From Candidatus Moraniibacteriota bacterium (GTDB lineage Bacteria; Patescibacteriota; Minisyncoccia; Moranbacterales; UBA1568): DNA of 64,000 bases. A program made the position numbers and the translations under genes. Below, one piece after another: positions 18,394-29,120 of the stretch. The number at the start of each line of letters is the position of its first letter. The stretch's first letter is position 1. The stretch spans positions 336,627 through 400,626 of the forward strand of contig JAQTYF010000001.1 of the NCBI GenBank assembly GCA_028688415.1, in the 5' to 3' direction. Below the pieces are notes generated by a model. It was not told the origin of the DNA and did no database searches. It saw only the letters and a program-made list of their open reading frames with translations.

Positions 18394-20181
18394 TTATTCA
18401 GTAGTTGGTGGAAGCTTCTTCCGAGGAACAAACAGCCAGAGATGTCTCTCTGCCCAGCTCGTCACAAGGAATCGCAGTGTGACACGGACCAACACCACAG
18501 CTGTAAACATCGAGAGAAGGATACCGAGCGTCAGGATGAGAGCAAAGCCTTTTACAAAACCCGTTCCGGAACCGATAAGGATGAATGTCGTAATGAGTGT
18601 CGAATAATTGCCATCACGGATACTCGGCCACGCACGACGGAAACCTTCATCGAGAGCTTTGTAAATATTCTTGCCGTATCCGAGTTCTTCACGAGTACGT
18701 TCGAAAATAAGGACGTTCGCATCCACTGCCATACCGATAGAGAGGATAAATCCAGCAATACCAGATAACGTAACGGTAATCGAAAATGGAGTGAAGGTAG
18801 AGAGTTTGAAAATCGTGAGGAGCATCGCTGTGTACAGGATGAGTGCAAGCACCGCGATGACACCCAAGAAACGATAGTAAAAAATCATAAAGACAGCAAC
18901 GACTCCGAGACCGATCATCCCAGCGAAGAGACTTTGCTTCAAGGCATTCTGTCCAAGCGATGCATCGACACTTTGTTGTCCGACGAGCGTAATCGGTACT
19001 GGGAGAGCTCCTTCATTTAAGCGTTTCACGAGATCATTAGCTTGTTGCATTGTGTAATTTCCAGTAATAACGGCTTGTCCAGCTGGTATTTCCGCTTGAA
19101 TCGTCGGAGCATATGGTGGATCTGATTTATCAATAATTCCATCACCATTTGTATCAGTTATCGGAAGACCATCAAGAACAATCGCTAATCCTTTGCCAAT
19201 ATTACGTTTAGTGATATCTGCGAAAAGCTGTGTTCCTTCATCATCAAACTGAAGTGCGACCTGAGGAGAACCGACACCCTGACTCTGATAATCCACACTC
19301 GCATTTTTCAAATTTTTCCCTGACAGACCCGTAGCTACCCACTGTAGTTCTGGATACTGTTCGATGGAACGTTTCATAAACAAAATATGGGAAGCACGAA
19401 CCTCTCGATCTTCACCCTCACCCCTTTCTTCTACTTTCCTTATGATGTGCCACCCGTACTGACTCTCGACGAGTGTCGGATAGATACTTCCTGATTGCAA
19501 AGATGCATCAAAAACAACAGAATCAAATTCTGGGACAAATGTCCCTTGTTTCACAAAATCGAGATCTCCACCTTTCTCTTTCGATCCTGGGTCTTGACTG
19601 AATTCTCCAGCAAGTGCAGAAAAATTTTCTCCTTTCTTCGCACGCTCGAGAACCTGTTCTGCTTGGACCTTCGTTTCTTGATTGAGGGTTACGAGTTGTT
19701 TCAGAGTATCAGAATCGGGATCAATCTGTTCACGAAACTCGAGAAATGGAGTTTCTTTGATCATTTTCTTGGCTTGTTCGATATCTTTGATGCCTGGAAG
19801 TTCCACGATAATACGCTCTTCGATACCTGATCGTGACAACTGTACCAGTGGTTCCCCGACACCAAATGCGTTCACTCGACGTTCGATCACTGCCTGGACA
19901 GCAGAAAGAGCTTCACTTACCTTGCCATCAGGGACTTGCGAGACATCAGCTTTGTATTCGAGATGAATGCCTCCTTGCAAATCGAGACCCTGATTGACCT
20001 TCCACGAATCGACAACATCAAAAACCGGTGGAGCAAATCTTACCAACGGTGGATAGGCAATAATACCTACGACGAGACTGAGAAATAAAACGAGAAGAAA
20101 ATGCGTACGTCTTTTTTCAGATTGATTCATACGGTAATACGGATAACAAGAGAATAAGTAAAGCGTTGAGATTTGAGACAA
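18394..20181 (-). CDS. secD: protein translocase subunit SecD carrying an inserted parvulin-like PPIase module in the periplasmic P1 head
   Basis: GLDLQGGIHLEY, IIVELPGIKDIEQAKKMIKETPFLEFR and the C-terminal TM bundle (AVDANVLIFERTREE) identify SecD. Residues ~165-275 read KKGENFSALAGEFSQDPGSKEKGGDLDFVKQGTFVPEFDSVVF...SGSIYPTLVESQYGWHIIRKVEE...REVRASHILF, a parvulin signature with the ASHIL strand placed after GWHII. Confidence 0.8.
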   Translation of the reverse strand: MSQISTLYLFSCYPYYRMNQSEKRRTHFLLVLFLSLVVGIIAYPPLVRFAPPVFDVVDSWKVNQGLDLQGGIHLEYKADVSQVPDGKVSEALSAVQAVIERRVNAFGVGEPLVQLSRSGIEERIIVELPGIKDIEQAKKMIKETPFLEFREQIDPDSDTLKQLVTLNQETKVQAEQVLERAKKGENFSALAGEFSQDPGSKEKGGDLDFVKQGTFVPEFDSVVFDASLQSGSIYPTLVESQYGWHIIRKVEERGEGEDREVRASHILFMKRSIEQYPELQWVATGLSGKNLKNASVDYQSQGVGSPQVALQFDDEGTQLFADITKRNIGKGLAIVLDGLPITDTNGDGIIDKSDPPYAPTIQAEIPAGQAVITGNYTMQQANDLVKRLNEGALPVPITLVGQQSVDASLGQNALKQSLFAGMIGLGVVAVFMIFYYRFLGVIAVLALILYTAMLLTIFKLSTFTPFSITVTLSGIAGFILSIGMAVDANVLIFERTREELGYGKNIYKALDEGFRRAWPSIRDGNYSTLITTFILIGSGTGFVKGFALILTLGILLSMFTAVVLVRVTLRFLVTSWAERHLWLFVPRKKLPPTTE

Positions 20182-20265
20182 TTACTAAGAGCAGTATAAC
20201 CGAAAGAAAAGAGCAAGGCAAGTGCCTTTTTCTTCATATTTTTTCTCAAATCACTCTACAAAACC

Positions 20266-21978
20266 TTACACTATCATTCTCTCATCGAGACGTTTCAAAA
20301 GGCGCTCGATATGAGGCAATGTTTTGGCAACATACGATTCGTAGTCAGCAATGGAAGTGAGTAGACCATTCTCGAGAACAAATGTCTGTGTCAGACGCAC
20401 ACGTTCCAAGAAACGACGGTCGTGTGTCACGAGAAGCAAAGTACCCGGGTAGGTGTCGAGCGCTTCTTCGAGTGCTTCGATAGCCTCAAGATCGAGATGA
20501 TTCGTCGGCTCATCGAGCACGAGCACATTGGCACGCATCGCAGAAAGCAACGCAAGAATGAGACGTACACGTTCTCCAGGACTCAATGCATCAATCTTGT
20601 CATTCAATACATCTGGTGCGAATTGGAAAGAAGCAAGATGCGTCGCGATGACATCACGTTCTCTTATATCGAGACGGTCTCGAAAGAGTTCATACGGTGT
20701 ACTACTTTTAGAAATATTTTCATATTCCTGCATCAAAAATCCAAAAATAAGTTTCTTTCCACAAATTCTCTTCCCACTTATCGGTGCAAGTGATCCTTCG
20801 ATTACTCGGAGCAATGTCGACTTGCCTACACCGTTGTTTCCGAGAAGAGCGAGACGTGTTCCAAACGGAATCTTCATATCAATCGGTCCACCGGAAAAAC
20901 CGTCAGGGTATCCAAAACATACTTTACGCAACACAATCGCACCCTCCTTCTCTACCGCAGGTGATTCGAATGACATCATAAGAGGATCGCGTATGAGCGG
21001 TTTTTCGACAGTATGGAGACGTTTCTGACGTTCTTCGAGCGCTTTGGCCGAAGCAGTAAATTTCCGCGTTGCACGCTCTTTTTTGAAATTTGCGGACATC
21101 GTATCCTTGTCTGGAGCTTTCTTATTCTTCACACGTTCTACCCAATCCATTTTCTGATCAACAGAGATGATGAGGCGTTCACGTTCTTCCTCCTGCATAC
21201 GATACTGCTCTTTGTGTTTTCGGATACTGTGCGCTTTCATCTCTGCAAATGAACTCCAATTCCCTGTGTACATCGTCACGTCACGTTTGTACCAATCGAT
21301 CTCCATAATTTTTTGCACAACATTGTCGAGAAAACGACGATCGTGTGAAGCGATGATGCATGTTGTCGAAGAACGGTTGAGGTATTTTTCCAACCATAAG
21401 AGCGATGGGAGATCGAGATTGTTCGTCGGTTCATCAAGAAGAAGCATATCCACACCACGGAGGAGCACTCCTGCCAAAGCGGCTTTGCGTTTTTCACCGC
21501 CCGAGAGTTCTGACAAGGGACGATTATTATCGATATGAGAGAGCATCAATCCTTCGAGGATCATTTTTGCTTTATACGGAAAATTGTATCCACCGAGACG
21601 TTCGTATTCTTGACGAAGCATCTCATATTTTTCGAGGAAGATAGGTTCTGCGATATGTGGTTCGAGAAGAGACATTTCTTTTTCGAGATCATACAGCCCT
21701 GCCATTCGTCGTAAATACGTGAGGAGCGTTTCTTCTGAATCAGCGAGAGTTTCCTGAGAGAGATATCCGGTCAAAACACGATTCGGTTTTTGTATCGTTC
21801 CTCTGTCTGGTGTCTCTATCCCAGCAATGATCTTGAGCAGAGTGGATTTTCCTGCGCCATTCTGTCCGACGAGAGCGACTTTCTGACCTTCGCCAATAGA
21901 AAAAGCCACCTTCTCGAGAACGCGGACGGTACCATATATTTTTCGAACATTTTTGAGAGTCAGCATAAGAGATGGCAA
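20266..21978 (-). CDS. ABC-F family ATPase (two tandem ABC domains, no TM domain)
   Basis: 570 aa with two Walker A motifs (GQNGAGKSTLLK; GNNGVGKSTLLR), two signature motifs (LSGGEKRK; LSPGERVR), and a charged linker. Confidence 0.8.
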   Translation of the reverse strand: MPSLMLTLKNVRKIYGTVRVLEKVAFSIGEGQKVALVGQNGAGKSTLLKIIAGIETPDRGTIQKPNRVLTGYLSQETLADSEETLLTYLRRMAGLYDLEKEMSLLEPHIAEPIFLEKYEMLRQEYERLGGYNFPYKAKMILEGLMLSHIDNNRPLSELSGGEKRKAALAGVLLRGVDMLLLDEPTNNLDLPSLLWLEKYLNRSSTTCIIASHDRRFLDNVVQKIMEIDWYKRDVTMYTGNWSSFAEMKAHSIRKHKEQYRMQEEERERLIISVDQKMDWVERVKNKKAPDKDTMSANFKKERATRKFTASAKALEERQKRLHTVEKPLIRDPLMMSFESPAVEKEGAIVLRKVCFGYPDGFSGGPIDMKIPFGTRLALLGNNGVGKSTLLRVIEGSLAPISGKRICGKKLIFGFLMQEYENISKSSTPYELFRDRLDIRERDVIATHLASFQFAPDVLNDKIDALSPGERVRLILALLSAMRANVLVLDEPTNHLDLEAIEALEEALDTYPGTLLLVTHDRRFLERVRLTQTFVLENGLLTSIADYESYVAKTLPHIERLLKRLDERMIV

Positions 21979-22116
21979 CTTTTTTACTTAAAATAAGAGG
22001 CTTCTAGGCCCTGCAGACCGAATAAAAACAATACAATAAAAAATGACTTTTGTAAAGCCCAAAAACGTAAATTCTCTCGCAATGATGGTGATGTTTTTAT
22101 CGGAGAAACAAACTTT

Positions 22117-22671
22117 TTAGATACTGTTTTTCTTTGTTATATATATTTCTGTTTCAGAAAGAATCCTCTTGGCATTGGCAAATGTCACCTTGTCGAGCGC
22201 TCGTTCGTATGGCAACCAGAGAAACCCTGTATGTTCGAAAGAAATATGCACATCAAATGTCTTTGTTTTGGCAGGATAAAAATGTACCTGTTTGAAAATC
22301 CAAATGCCTTTCTTGTTCCGTAGACGCTTGGCTCGTTCACTTCCTTTGGCAACATAGAAGAATCGTGTACTCAACCGAAAAGGAAAAGTCACGGTATCAG
22401 AAATCCCTGTCTCTTCCTCGGTCTCCCTACGGAGAGTCATTTCTTCGGTCTCATTTGCTTCGACGTGACCCTTCACAAAATCAAAATGTCCGCTCGGATA
22501 ATGGAGCAAGAGATATTCTCGAACACCATTATTCATACGAAACAAAACAGCCCCGATAGAAGTTTCCCATATCACAGGGAAGCCACACCACTTGAGAAGA
22601 AAATACAACGGCTTGATCACTGGTACACGCATAGATGTTTTGAAAGACAATATAACTTCTTTAGAGTACAA
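22117..22671 (-). CDS. NUDIX hydrolase
   Basis: Nudix box GHVEANETEEMTLRRETEEETGI. The real start may be internal. Confidence 0.7.
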   Translation of the reverse strand: MYSKEVILSFKTSMRVPVIKPLYFLLKWCGFPVIWETSIGAVLFRMNNGVREYLLLHYPSGHFDFVKGHVEANETEEMTLRRETEEETGISDTVTFPFRLSTRFFYVAKGSERAKRLRNKKGIWIFKQVHFYPAKTKTFDVHISFEHTGFLWLPYERALDKVTFANAKRILSETEIYITKKNSI

Positions 22672-22702
22672 TAGAATTGTGAATTGACAAAATGATCTTT
22701 TA

Positions 22703-24820
22703 ATGATTGAATATAATACTATCTTCTTGCTTTATTTAAAACATAACACATACCAGCAGATGAGACGAATGCTCTTGCGTGAAATTCTCTGGATTATTTT
22801 TCTTACCGTATTAGGAACTTCCATCGGTATCCTTGCTATTTATTTCTTTGGAACTCCGAGCGTCCAAGAAATCGCTCATTTTCCCCTTCATCAAAGCACG
22901 AGATTTTTTGATCGGACCGGCACAACCGAACTGTACCGCCTCTACGACGAAGAAAATCGTCTCGTTATCGCACACGATGCCATCCCCGATACTATCCGTC
23001 TCGCGACCATCGCATCCGAAGATGCTCATTTCTACGCTCATCAAGGTATTGATATTCTTGCTATACTCCGTGCGCTCATCGTTGACGTCAAAAGCGGAGA
23101 AATCAAACAAGGAGGGTCGACGATTACCCAACAACTGGCGCGCAGCCTCTACCTCACACGAGAACGTACTTTACAACGAAAAATCCGTGAACTTTTTCTC
23201 GCTGTCAAAATCGAAAATCATTTGAGTAAAGACGATATTCTTGATTTTTATCTCAATACCGTCCCCTATGGATCCAATGCGTATGGTATCGAGACAGCAT
23301 CAGAAACATTCTTTGGGAAAAAAGCCACCGATCTCACGCTCGAAGAAGGCGCACTCCTCGCTACACTGCCAAACGCTCCAACACTCTTTTCTCCTTATGG
23401 AAAGAATGTTGAAGGACTTCGATCGAGACAGAGAGCTCTTTTGAATCGGATGTATGATCTCAGATTCATCACAGAGCAAGAGCTCGAACAGGCACTCTCG
23501 GTAGATATTATTTCCAGCATTCTTCCATTGAAACGAAATATCGTCGCACCACATTTTGTCTTTTATGTCATTGCTGAACTGGAAAAAAACTATTCGCGAG
23601 AACAACTGGAGACGGAAGGATTTTCGATCTACACAACCATCAATCTCGATCTCCAGAACGCTGGCGAAGAAGCTGTTTCGGATGGTGCAAAGAAAAATAT
23701 TGCTAGAGGTGCAACTAATGCTGGACTCGTCGCTCTTGATGCAAAAACAGGTGAAGTTCTCGTAATGGTTGGCTCCAAAGATTATTTCGATGAAAGCGTC
23801 GATGGGAATGTGAATATTACGATACGGGAGCGACAACCTGGTTCTGCATTCAAGCCATTCGCCTATGCAAAAGCCTTTGAAAAAGGATTCCAACCAGAAT
23901 CAATCGTCATCGATCGTCCTATCAATTTTGGTCCTGACGGTTCTGGACGTCCATATATTCCGAGGAATTACGATGGGAAATTTCATGGGGTACTGACGAT
24001 GCGTCAGGCACTCGCAATGTCTCTCAATGTCCCCGCGGTGCAGACTCTCGCTCTCGCAGGTGTCATAGACACTATCGAACTCGCTACTCGCCTCGGTATC
24101 ACGACACTGACCGATCCATCACGTTATGGTCTGGCGCTCGTACTTGGTGGAGCAGAAGTGAGACCGATAGATATGGCAAGTGCTTTTTCGGTATTCAGTC
24201 AAGAAGGCATGCGTCATCCTCTCAAATCGATACTGAAGATCGTCGATAAAAATAATGAGGAATATGTTCGGATCAAAGATACGGAAAGTACACGTGTTCT
24301 TGAAACAGATATTGCTCAGAAAATTAATTCCATTCTTTCGGATAATACGTCTCGTACACCTATATTCGGAGCTCGTAGCCCCCTCGCTTTCCCTTCTGGT
24401 GTATCAGTCGCCGCCAAAACAGGGACGACACAGAATTTTCGTGATGCCTGGACGGTCGGGTATACACCATCCATCGCTGTAGCAGTATGGGCCGGTAACA
24501 ATGATAATCACCCTATGAAAGCTGGTGCGGATGGTATCTTTGTCGCTGCCCCGATATGGCGACAGTTTATGAATATTGCGCTCATTCATTTTCCAGAGAC
24601 GGGTTTCACTGCGTACGAAAAAACAGCTCTCCCAGAAAAGAATATGCTTTCATCCAACACGCAAAAAACAATGTATTTTGATAAAAAAACTGGTCGAGAA
24701 ATCTCTCCAGAGAAAGCCAGGAAACTGAAAAAGAATCGTGTCGAGACACGAGTGATCGATATTATTCCCGGAGAGATAGCTCTGATTCAAGAGACTCCGA
24801 CTCCGAAGAAAAAGAAATAG
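22703..24820 (+). CDS. class A penicillin-binding protein (PBP1A: glycosyltransferase GT51 + transpeptidase)
   Basis: GT51 motifs (EDAHFYAHQGID; GGSTITQQLAR) and transpeptidase motifs (SAFKPF, SLN, KTGTT). The true start is probably the Met at ~22763 (MRRMLLREIL...), downstream of TTGACA / TATAAT-like boxes. Confidence 0.85.
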   Translation: MIEYNTIFLLYLKHNTYQQMRRMLLREILWIIFLTVLGTSIGILAIYFFGTPSVQEIAHFPLHQSTRFFDRTGTTELYRLYDEENRLVIAHDAIPDTIRLATIASEDAHFYAHQGIDILAILRALIVDVKSGEIKQGGSTITQQLARSLYLTRERTLQRKIRELFLAVKIENHLSKDDILDFYLNTVPYGSNAYGIETASETFFGKKATDLTLEEGALLATLPNAPTLFSPYGKNVEGLRSRQRALLNRMYDLRFITEQELEQALSVDIISSILPLKRNIVAPHFVFYVIAELEKNYSREQLETEGFSIYTTINLDLQNAGEEAVSDGAKKNIARGATNAGLVALDAKTGEVLVMVGSKDYFDESVDGNVNITIRERQPGSAFKPFAYAKAFEKGFQPESIVIDRPINFGPDGSGRPYIPRNYDGKFHGVLTMRQALAMSLNVPAVQTLALAGVIDTIELATRLGITTLTDPSRYGLALVLGGAEVRPIDMASAFSVFSQEGMRHPLKSILKIVDKNNEEYVRIKDTESTRVLETDIAQKINSILSDNTSRTPIFGARSPLAFPSGVSVAAKTGTTQNFRDAWTVGYTPSIAVAVWAGNNDNHPMKAGADGIFVAAPIWRQFMNIALIHFPETGFTAYEKTALPEKNMLSSNTQKTMYFDKKTGREISPEKARKLKKNRVETRVIDIIPGEIALIQETPTPKKKK

Positions 24821-24831
24821 GTATAGTCCTT

Positions 24832-26100
24832 TTACTCTCTACGTAGCGCTTCCATCGGGGAGAGCTTGGATGCACGGTAGGCTGGCGCAATACCGAAAAT
24901 AAGACCGACTGCCATCGAGAATCCAGCTCCCAAGAAAAATGATGTGAGGGAAAATTGCAGAACAACATCATACCCGAGACGCTGAAAAAGAATACTCAAA
25001 CCAAAAGAGAGGAGACTGCCAAGAATGATGCCGATAAGTCCACCCATAAAAGTAATGATGAGTGCCTCAAAAAGGAATTGTCTCAAAATACCCCCACTCG
25101 TTGCTCCCACTGCTTTACGAAGACCGATTTCACTTGTCCGTTCTGAAACAGAAACATACATCACGTTCATAATACCGACACCGCCAACAACGAGAGAAAT
25201 AGAAGTCAAAGCAAGGAGAAGTATTGTCATCGATCCGAGGACATCACCGAGAGTTTGCTGAGCTTCCTTGGTCGAACTCACTGCAAAATCATCTTTATTC
25301 GGGTTATCAATATCGTGACGTTTACGAAGCAGTGCGACGATATCTGCGACTGTTTCTTTTTCATGCGAGACATCTTTCATCTGAACCGATATCATCTGGA
25401 CATACTCCACACCAAGTATTTTTTTCTGAAGCGTCTGAATCGGTACATAGGTGAATGTATCAAAATTGAGAAATGCTACCGTACCTCGTGACGTCAACAC
25501 TCCAATAACGCGATATTTCTCACCCTTGAGAGTAATCGATTGTCCAACCGCTTCACTTTCTCCAAAAAAAGTTTTCTTGGTTTCTGATCCAAGGACGACA
25601 ACACGCGATAGACTCGCATCTTCTCCTTCAGTGAAGAATCTACCACTTGAGAGTTTCGCGTTCCGATCGACTTGTACGACATCAGCACCCGTACCAAAAA
25701 GCAGTATCCTTTTTTCCACAGAACCAGCAGTGGCTCGCTCTTGTCCTATCGTCCCTGCGTACACTGCTACGACATTGGGTAATTTGTGGATAGCTTCACC
25801 GTCTTTCACAGTCAGTGTCGTGATTTGTGTTCCTTGTGCTCTCCCTGTTGCATTGCCTGATGATTGCGTCCCTGTACCAGGAATTTTGACTTCTACTTGG
25901 ATAAGATCAGCACCAAAACTCTCTACCTGACCCAATATAAAACCCTTCACACCATCACCGAGTGTCATCACAATTACTACGGCAAAGACACCGATCACAA
26001 CACCAAGAAGCGCTAAAAATGTACGGGCTTTGTGAGTCCGAATTGTTTTGAGAGCAAAAGAAAATGCTGTCGTGATTTTTCGAAGAGAAAGATTATTCAT
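24832..26100 (-). CDS. MacB/FtsX-family ABC transporter permease
   Basis: N-terminal TM, a large periplasmic MacB_PCD-like domain, and a C-terminal FtsX 3-TM bundle. Confidence 0.75.
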   Translation of the reverse strand: MNNLSLRKITTAFSFALKTIRTHKARTFLALLGVVIGVFAVVIVMTLGDGVKGFILGQVESFGADLIQVEVKIPGTGTQSSGNATGRAQGTQITTLTVKDGEAIHKLPNVVAVYAGTIGQERATAGSVEKRILLFGTGADVVQVDRNAKLSSGRFFTEGEDASLSRVVVLGSETKKTFFGESEAVGQSITLKGEKYRVIGVLTSRGTVAFLNFDTFTYVPIQTLQKKILGVEYVQMISVQMKDVSHEKETVADIVALLRKRHDIDNPNKDDFAVSSTKEAQQTLGDVLGSMTILLLALTSISLVVGGVGIMNVMYVSVSERTSEIGLRKAVGATSGGILRQFLFEALIITFMGGLIGIILGSLLSFGLSILFQRLGYDVVLQFSLTSFFLGAGFSMAVGLIFGIAPAYRASKLSPMEALRRE

Positions 26101-27334
26101 ATCGCAGTGCTTCCATAGGGCTTATACGCGAGGCTTTGATAGCGGGATAAAGTCCAAAAACAATACCGATAATAAAAGAAACTGAAAACCCAATCAGAAG
26201 AGACGAAAGAGGAACAAGGAATTGCCAATCATATTCAAGACTGATCAGGATAAGCGATACGAGATAGGCAACGAGCACCCCAAAGAGAATCCCGATGATA
26301 CCCCCGGCAATCGTGATGAAAGATGCTTCAATGAGAAATTGGGCAATGATGTGTATTTTCTGCGCACCAACTGCTTTCCTGAGACCGACTTCACGCACGC
26401 GCTGAGAGACGGAAATAAGCATTGAGTTCATAATACCCACTCCTCCTACGAGAAGCGAAATGGAAGCGATGGCAAGGAGGAAATATTTCAAGACATCAGT
26501 AATCGTAGTCAGAATATCAAGAGCGGCAGCAGTACTCCGTACCGAGAAATCAGATTCTTCGTTATCTTTCATATCATGTCGTTTACGGAGCAAAATGTTT
26601 ATATCAGCGACACTGCGTTCGATATTTATCGCGTCATCTATCTTGGCACGTGCGGAATTGAGATAATTGATACCGAGCAACAATTTCTGTGCTGTCCCGA
26701 GTGGTACATAGAGGAGAACATCTGGATTGGAAAACCCTGATGATCCACGCTCTTCGAGTACGCCAATCACTTTGAAAGGAATTTTTTTGAGTGTTACTGT
26801 CTCTCCGATAGGATTGCGATTCGCAAACAATTCTTTCGCTTGTGTCGCACCGAGCACCATCACGCGAGACAGATCCATCTCTTCTTCAGGGAAGAAAAAA
26901 CGACCTGACGCGATACGAATATTCTCTATCTGTATAAGATCTGGTGATACTCCCTGAAAACTCGATTCGAGTGAGGTAGACTGAAACTCCGTCGTCCCCG
27001 TCCCGGTCACATACCCTGATACGGCATCGAGATGAGGCACATTTCTTCTTTCACGGAGCGCTTTCAGATCATCGTAAGTGAGAGAAGTGGTTACGATGCC
27101 GAGAGCAGAGGCAGGCGGGCCCTTCTCTTCAGAAGCACCAGGAAGAATAGCGACGAGATTCGAACCGACGTTCTCTATCTGTGAGAGGACGAGTTTCTGC
27201 GCACTCGCTCCGATCGCCATCACGAGAATGACCGACGCGACACCGATCACCACACCGAGTACTGTCAGAAAAAACCGCAATTTCGATGCCGTGAGCGTCC
27301 GATAGGATATTTTTATTGGATCTGATAATTTCAT
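26093..27334 (-). CDS. MacB/FtsX-family ABC transporter permease (second copy)
   Basis: Same architecture. Its start overlaps the downstream gene by 8 nt. Confidence 0.75.
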   Translation of the reverse strand: MKLSDPIKISYRTLTASKLRFFLTVLGVVIGVASVILVMAIGASAQKLVLSQIENVGSNLVAILPGASEEKGPPASALGIVTTSLTYDDLKALRERRNVPHLDAVSGYVTGTGTTEFQSTSLESSFQGVSPDLIQIENIRIASGRFFFPEEEMDLSRVMVLGATQAKELFANRNPIGETVTLKKIPFKVIGVLEERGSSGFSNPDVLLYVPLGTAQKLLLGINYLNSARAKIDDAINIERSVADINILLRKRHDMKDNEESDFSVRSTAAALDILTTITDVLKYFLLAIASISLLVGGVGIMNSMLISVSQRVREVGLRKAVGAQKIHIIAQFLIEASFITIAGGIIGILFGVLVAYLVSLILISLEYDWQFLVPLSSLLIGFSVSFIIGIVFGLYPAIKASRISPMEALRYE

Positions 27335-28053
27335 TTGAGAAATGTTTCCCCTGCCTTAGCGATACGACGATTGGTGACGAGTGTGTCTCCGATGATCTGA
27401 CCATCTTTCATAGAGAGGATGCGTTTGGCATGTTCTGCGGTGTATGTCTCGTGAGTGACGAGGACGATCGTGCGTCCTTCGTCATTGAGTTTCTGGAGAA
27501 TAGACATCACTTGAAGTCCTGCTTTGGAATCGAGATTTCCCGTCGGCTCATCAGCAAAAATAATTTCCGGATTGTTCACGAGTGCTCGAGCAATAGCCAC
27601 ACGTTGTTTCTCCCCTCCTGAGAGCTGACTCGAGAGATAGTCCTTGCGATGTGTCATATCGACAGCTGCTATAGCACCGAGTACCTTCTTTTCATTTTCC
27701 TCGATTTGTTTGTCATCATAGAGGAGAGGGAGTTCGACGTTTTCATACACACTCGTCTTTGGGAGGAGGTTGAATGCCTGAAAAACAAAACCTATGGTCC
27801 TGTTTCGGAGACGTGCCAATTCGTCATCAGTGAACTGCGTCACGTCTTTGTCCTCGAGGAGATATACTCCTCCTGTCGCCCGATCGAGAAGTCCGAGAAT
27901 CTGCATCAGTGTCGATTTCCCTGATCCCGACGGACCCATAATGGATATGAATTCTCCTTTCTCTATACGAAAACTCGCAGAAAAAAGAGCTTTGGTTTCC
28001 ACATCTTCATTCTTGTAAGTTTTCTCGAGGTTTGAAACAGTGATGAGACTCAT
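27331..28053 (-). CDS. ABC transporter ATP-binding protein (MacB/LolD-type)
   Basis: Walker [10 protein letters not shown], signature [14 protein letters not shown], Walker [13 protein letters not shown]. Confidence 0.85.
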   Translation of the reverse strand: MSLITVSNLEKTYKNEDVETKALFSASFRIEKGEFISIMGPSGSGKSTLMQILGLLDRATGGVYLLEDKDVTQFTDDELARLRNRTIGFVFQAFNLLPKTSVYENVELPLLYDDKQIEENEKKVLGAIAAVDMTHRKDYLSSQLSGGEKQRVAIARALVNNPEIIFADEPTGNLDSKAGLQVMSILQKLNDEGRTIVLVTHETYTAEHAKRILSMKDGQIIGDTLVTNRRIAKAGETFLK

Positions 28054-28065
28054 ATTTTCTTTCCG

Positions 28066-29088
28066 TTATTTGACTTGTACGGAACCAATCGTTACTTCGT
28101 TCCCTTCTTTGAGACCTGATTTTATTTCAATGGTCCCGTCATCTCCCTCGAGACCAGTAGTCACTTCTGTTTTCACAAATGTCCCGTCAGATTGTTTGAG
28201 TTCTGCATATGTTTTTCCGTTTTCTTTTGTCAATGCTCGAAACGGTACCGTCAAAACATTTTCTCGTTTTGCTGTTTCGATATCGATATTGGCGGTCATT
28301 CCCTCCTTCAAACGGGTATCCATTCTCTCTAAATGAAATTTGACAACATACGAAACAACATCCTGGATCACTGTTGCAGATTTGGCAACATCTTCCACTT
28401 GAGCCGAAAAAATTTCTTCTGTCGTAAATGCATCGAATGTTATCTGAGACTCCATACCGAGTGCGATTTTTATAATATCTGACTCAGGTACTCTCGATTC
28501 AATGACGAAACTTTCTGTTTTTGAAACACGTCCAATACTTTTCCCGAGGGTGACGATCTCACCGACACGAATATTGAGTTTCGTTATTTGTCCATCAAAC
28601 GGAGCGAGAAGTACGTTTTGTTTCATTTGTGATTCGAGCATACGAACATTTTCTTGTGTCTGTTCGGTCTTCAGTGTGATTGCCGTACGTTCCTCTGGTT
28701 TGAGATCATCCCATCCTTTCCCGAGAGTGTTTTTTCGGTTACGAGATTGTTTCTCATTCTGTTCAGTAATCGATGCGGTAATACGTGCTTGCTTCAATTG
28801 AGAAAAAAGGATTGCACGATCGACAGAAGCGATACGTTGTCCAGCAACCACCATGTCTCCTTCTTTCACATTTACTTCGTCTACCATTCCAATACTCTGA
28901 AAAGAGAGGTCAGCATATTCTCTCGGTACTACCTCTCCTGTCACACTCACTGTCTCTGAGAGAGTGCTTCGTTTGACGGTTTCTGTTTGTACAGGAACAA
29001 CCGTGTTCTTGTTCCGATAATAAGCAATGATGCCCCAAAGAGAGAGCAGGAGAAGAAGGCTTATGATGACTCTTTTTTTTGTAAACAT
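28066..29088 (-). CDS. efflux periplasmic adaptor (HlyD/MacA family)
   Basis: N-terminal TM, coiled-coil hairpin, and beta-barrel/MP-proximal-like C-terminus. It is first in the adaptor-ATPase-permease-permease operon. Confidence 0.7.
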   Translation of the reverse strand: MFTKKRVIISLLLLLSLWGIIAYYRNKNTVVPVQTETVKRSTLSETVSVTGEVVPREYADLSFQSIGMVDEVNVKEGDMVVAGQRIASVDRAILFSQLKQARITASITEQNEKQSRNRKNTLGKGWDDLKPEERTAITLKTEQTQENVRMLESQMKQNVLLAPFDGQITKLNIRVGEIVTLGKSIGRVSKTESFVIESRVPESDIIKIALGMESQITFDAFTTEEIFSAQVEDVAKSATVIQDVVSYVVKFHLERMDTRLKEGMTANIDIETAKRENVLTVPFRALTKENGKTYAELKQSDGTFVKTEVTTGLEGDDGTIEIKSGLKEGNEVTIGSVQVK

Positions 29089-29120
29089 GCTTTTACGATA
29101 ACAAGTTATATTTCTCTTTA

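Noticed and set aside
22703-22762. PBP1A start at the first ATG (22703)
   Set aside because: A TATAAT-like box (22712-22717) would fall inside the coding region, and the first 20 codons are non-hydrophobic and AT-rich. The Met at ~22763 precedes the TM anchor and is the likelier start.
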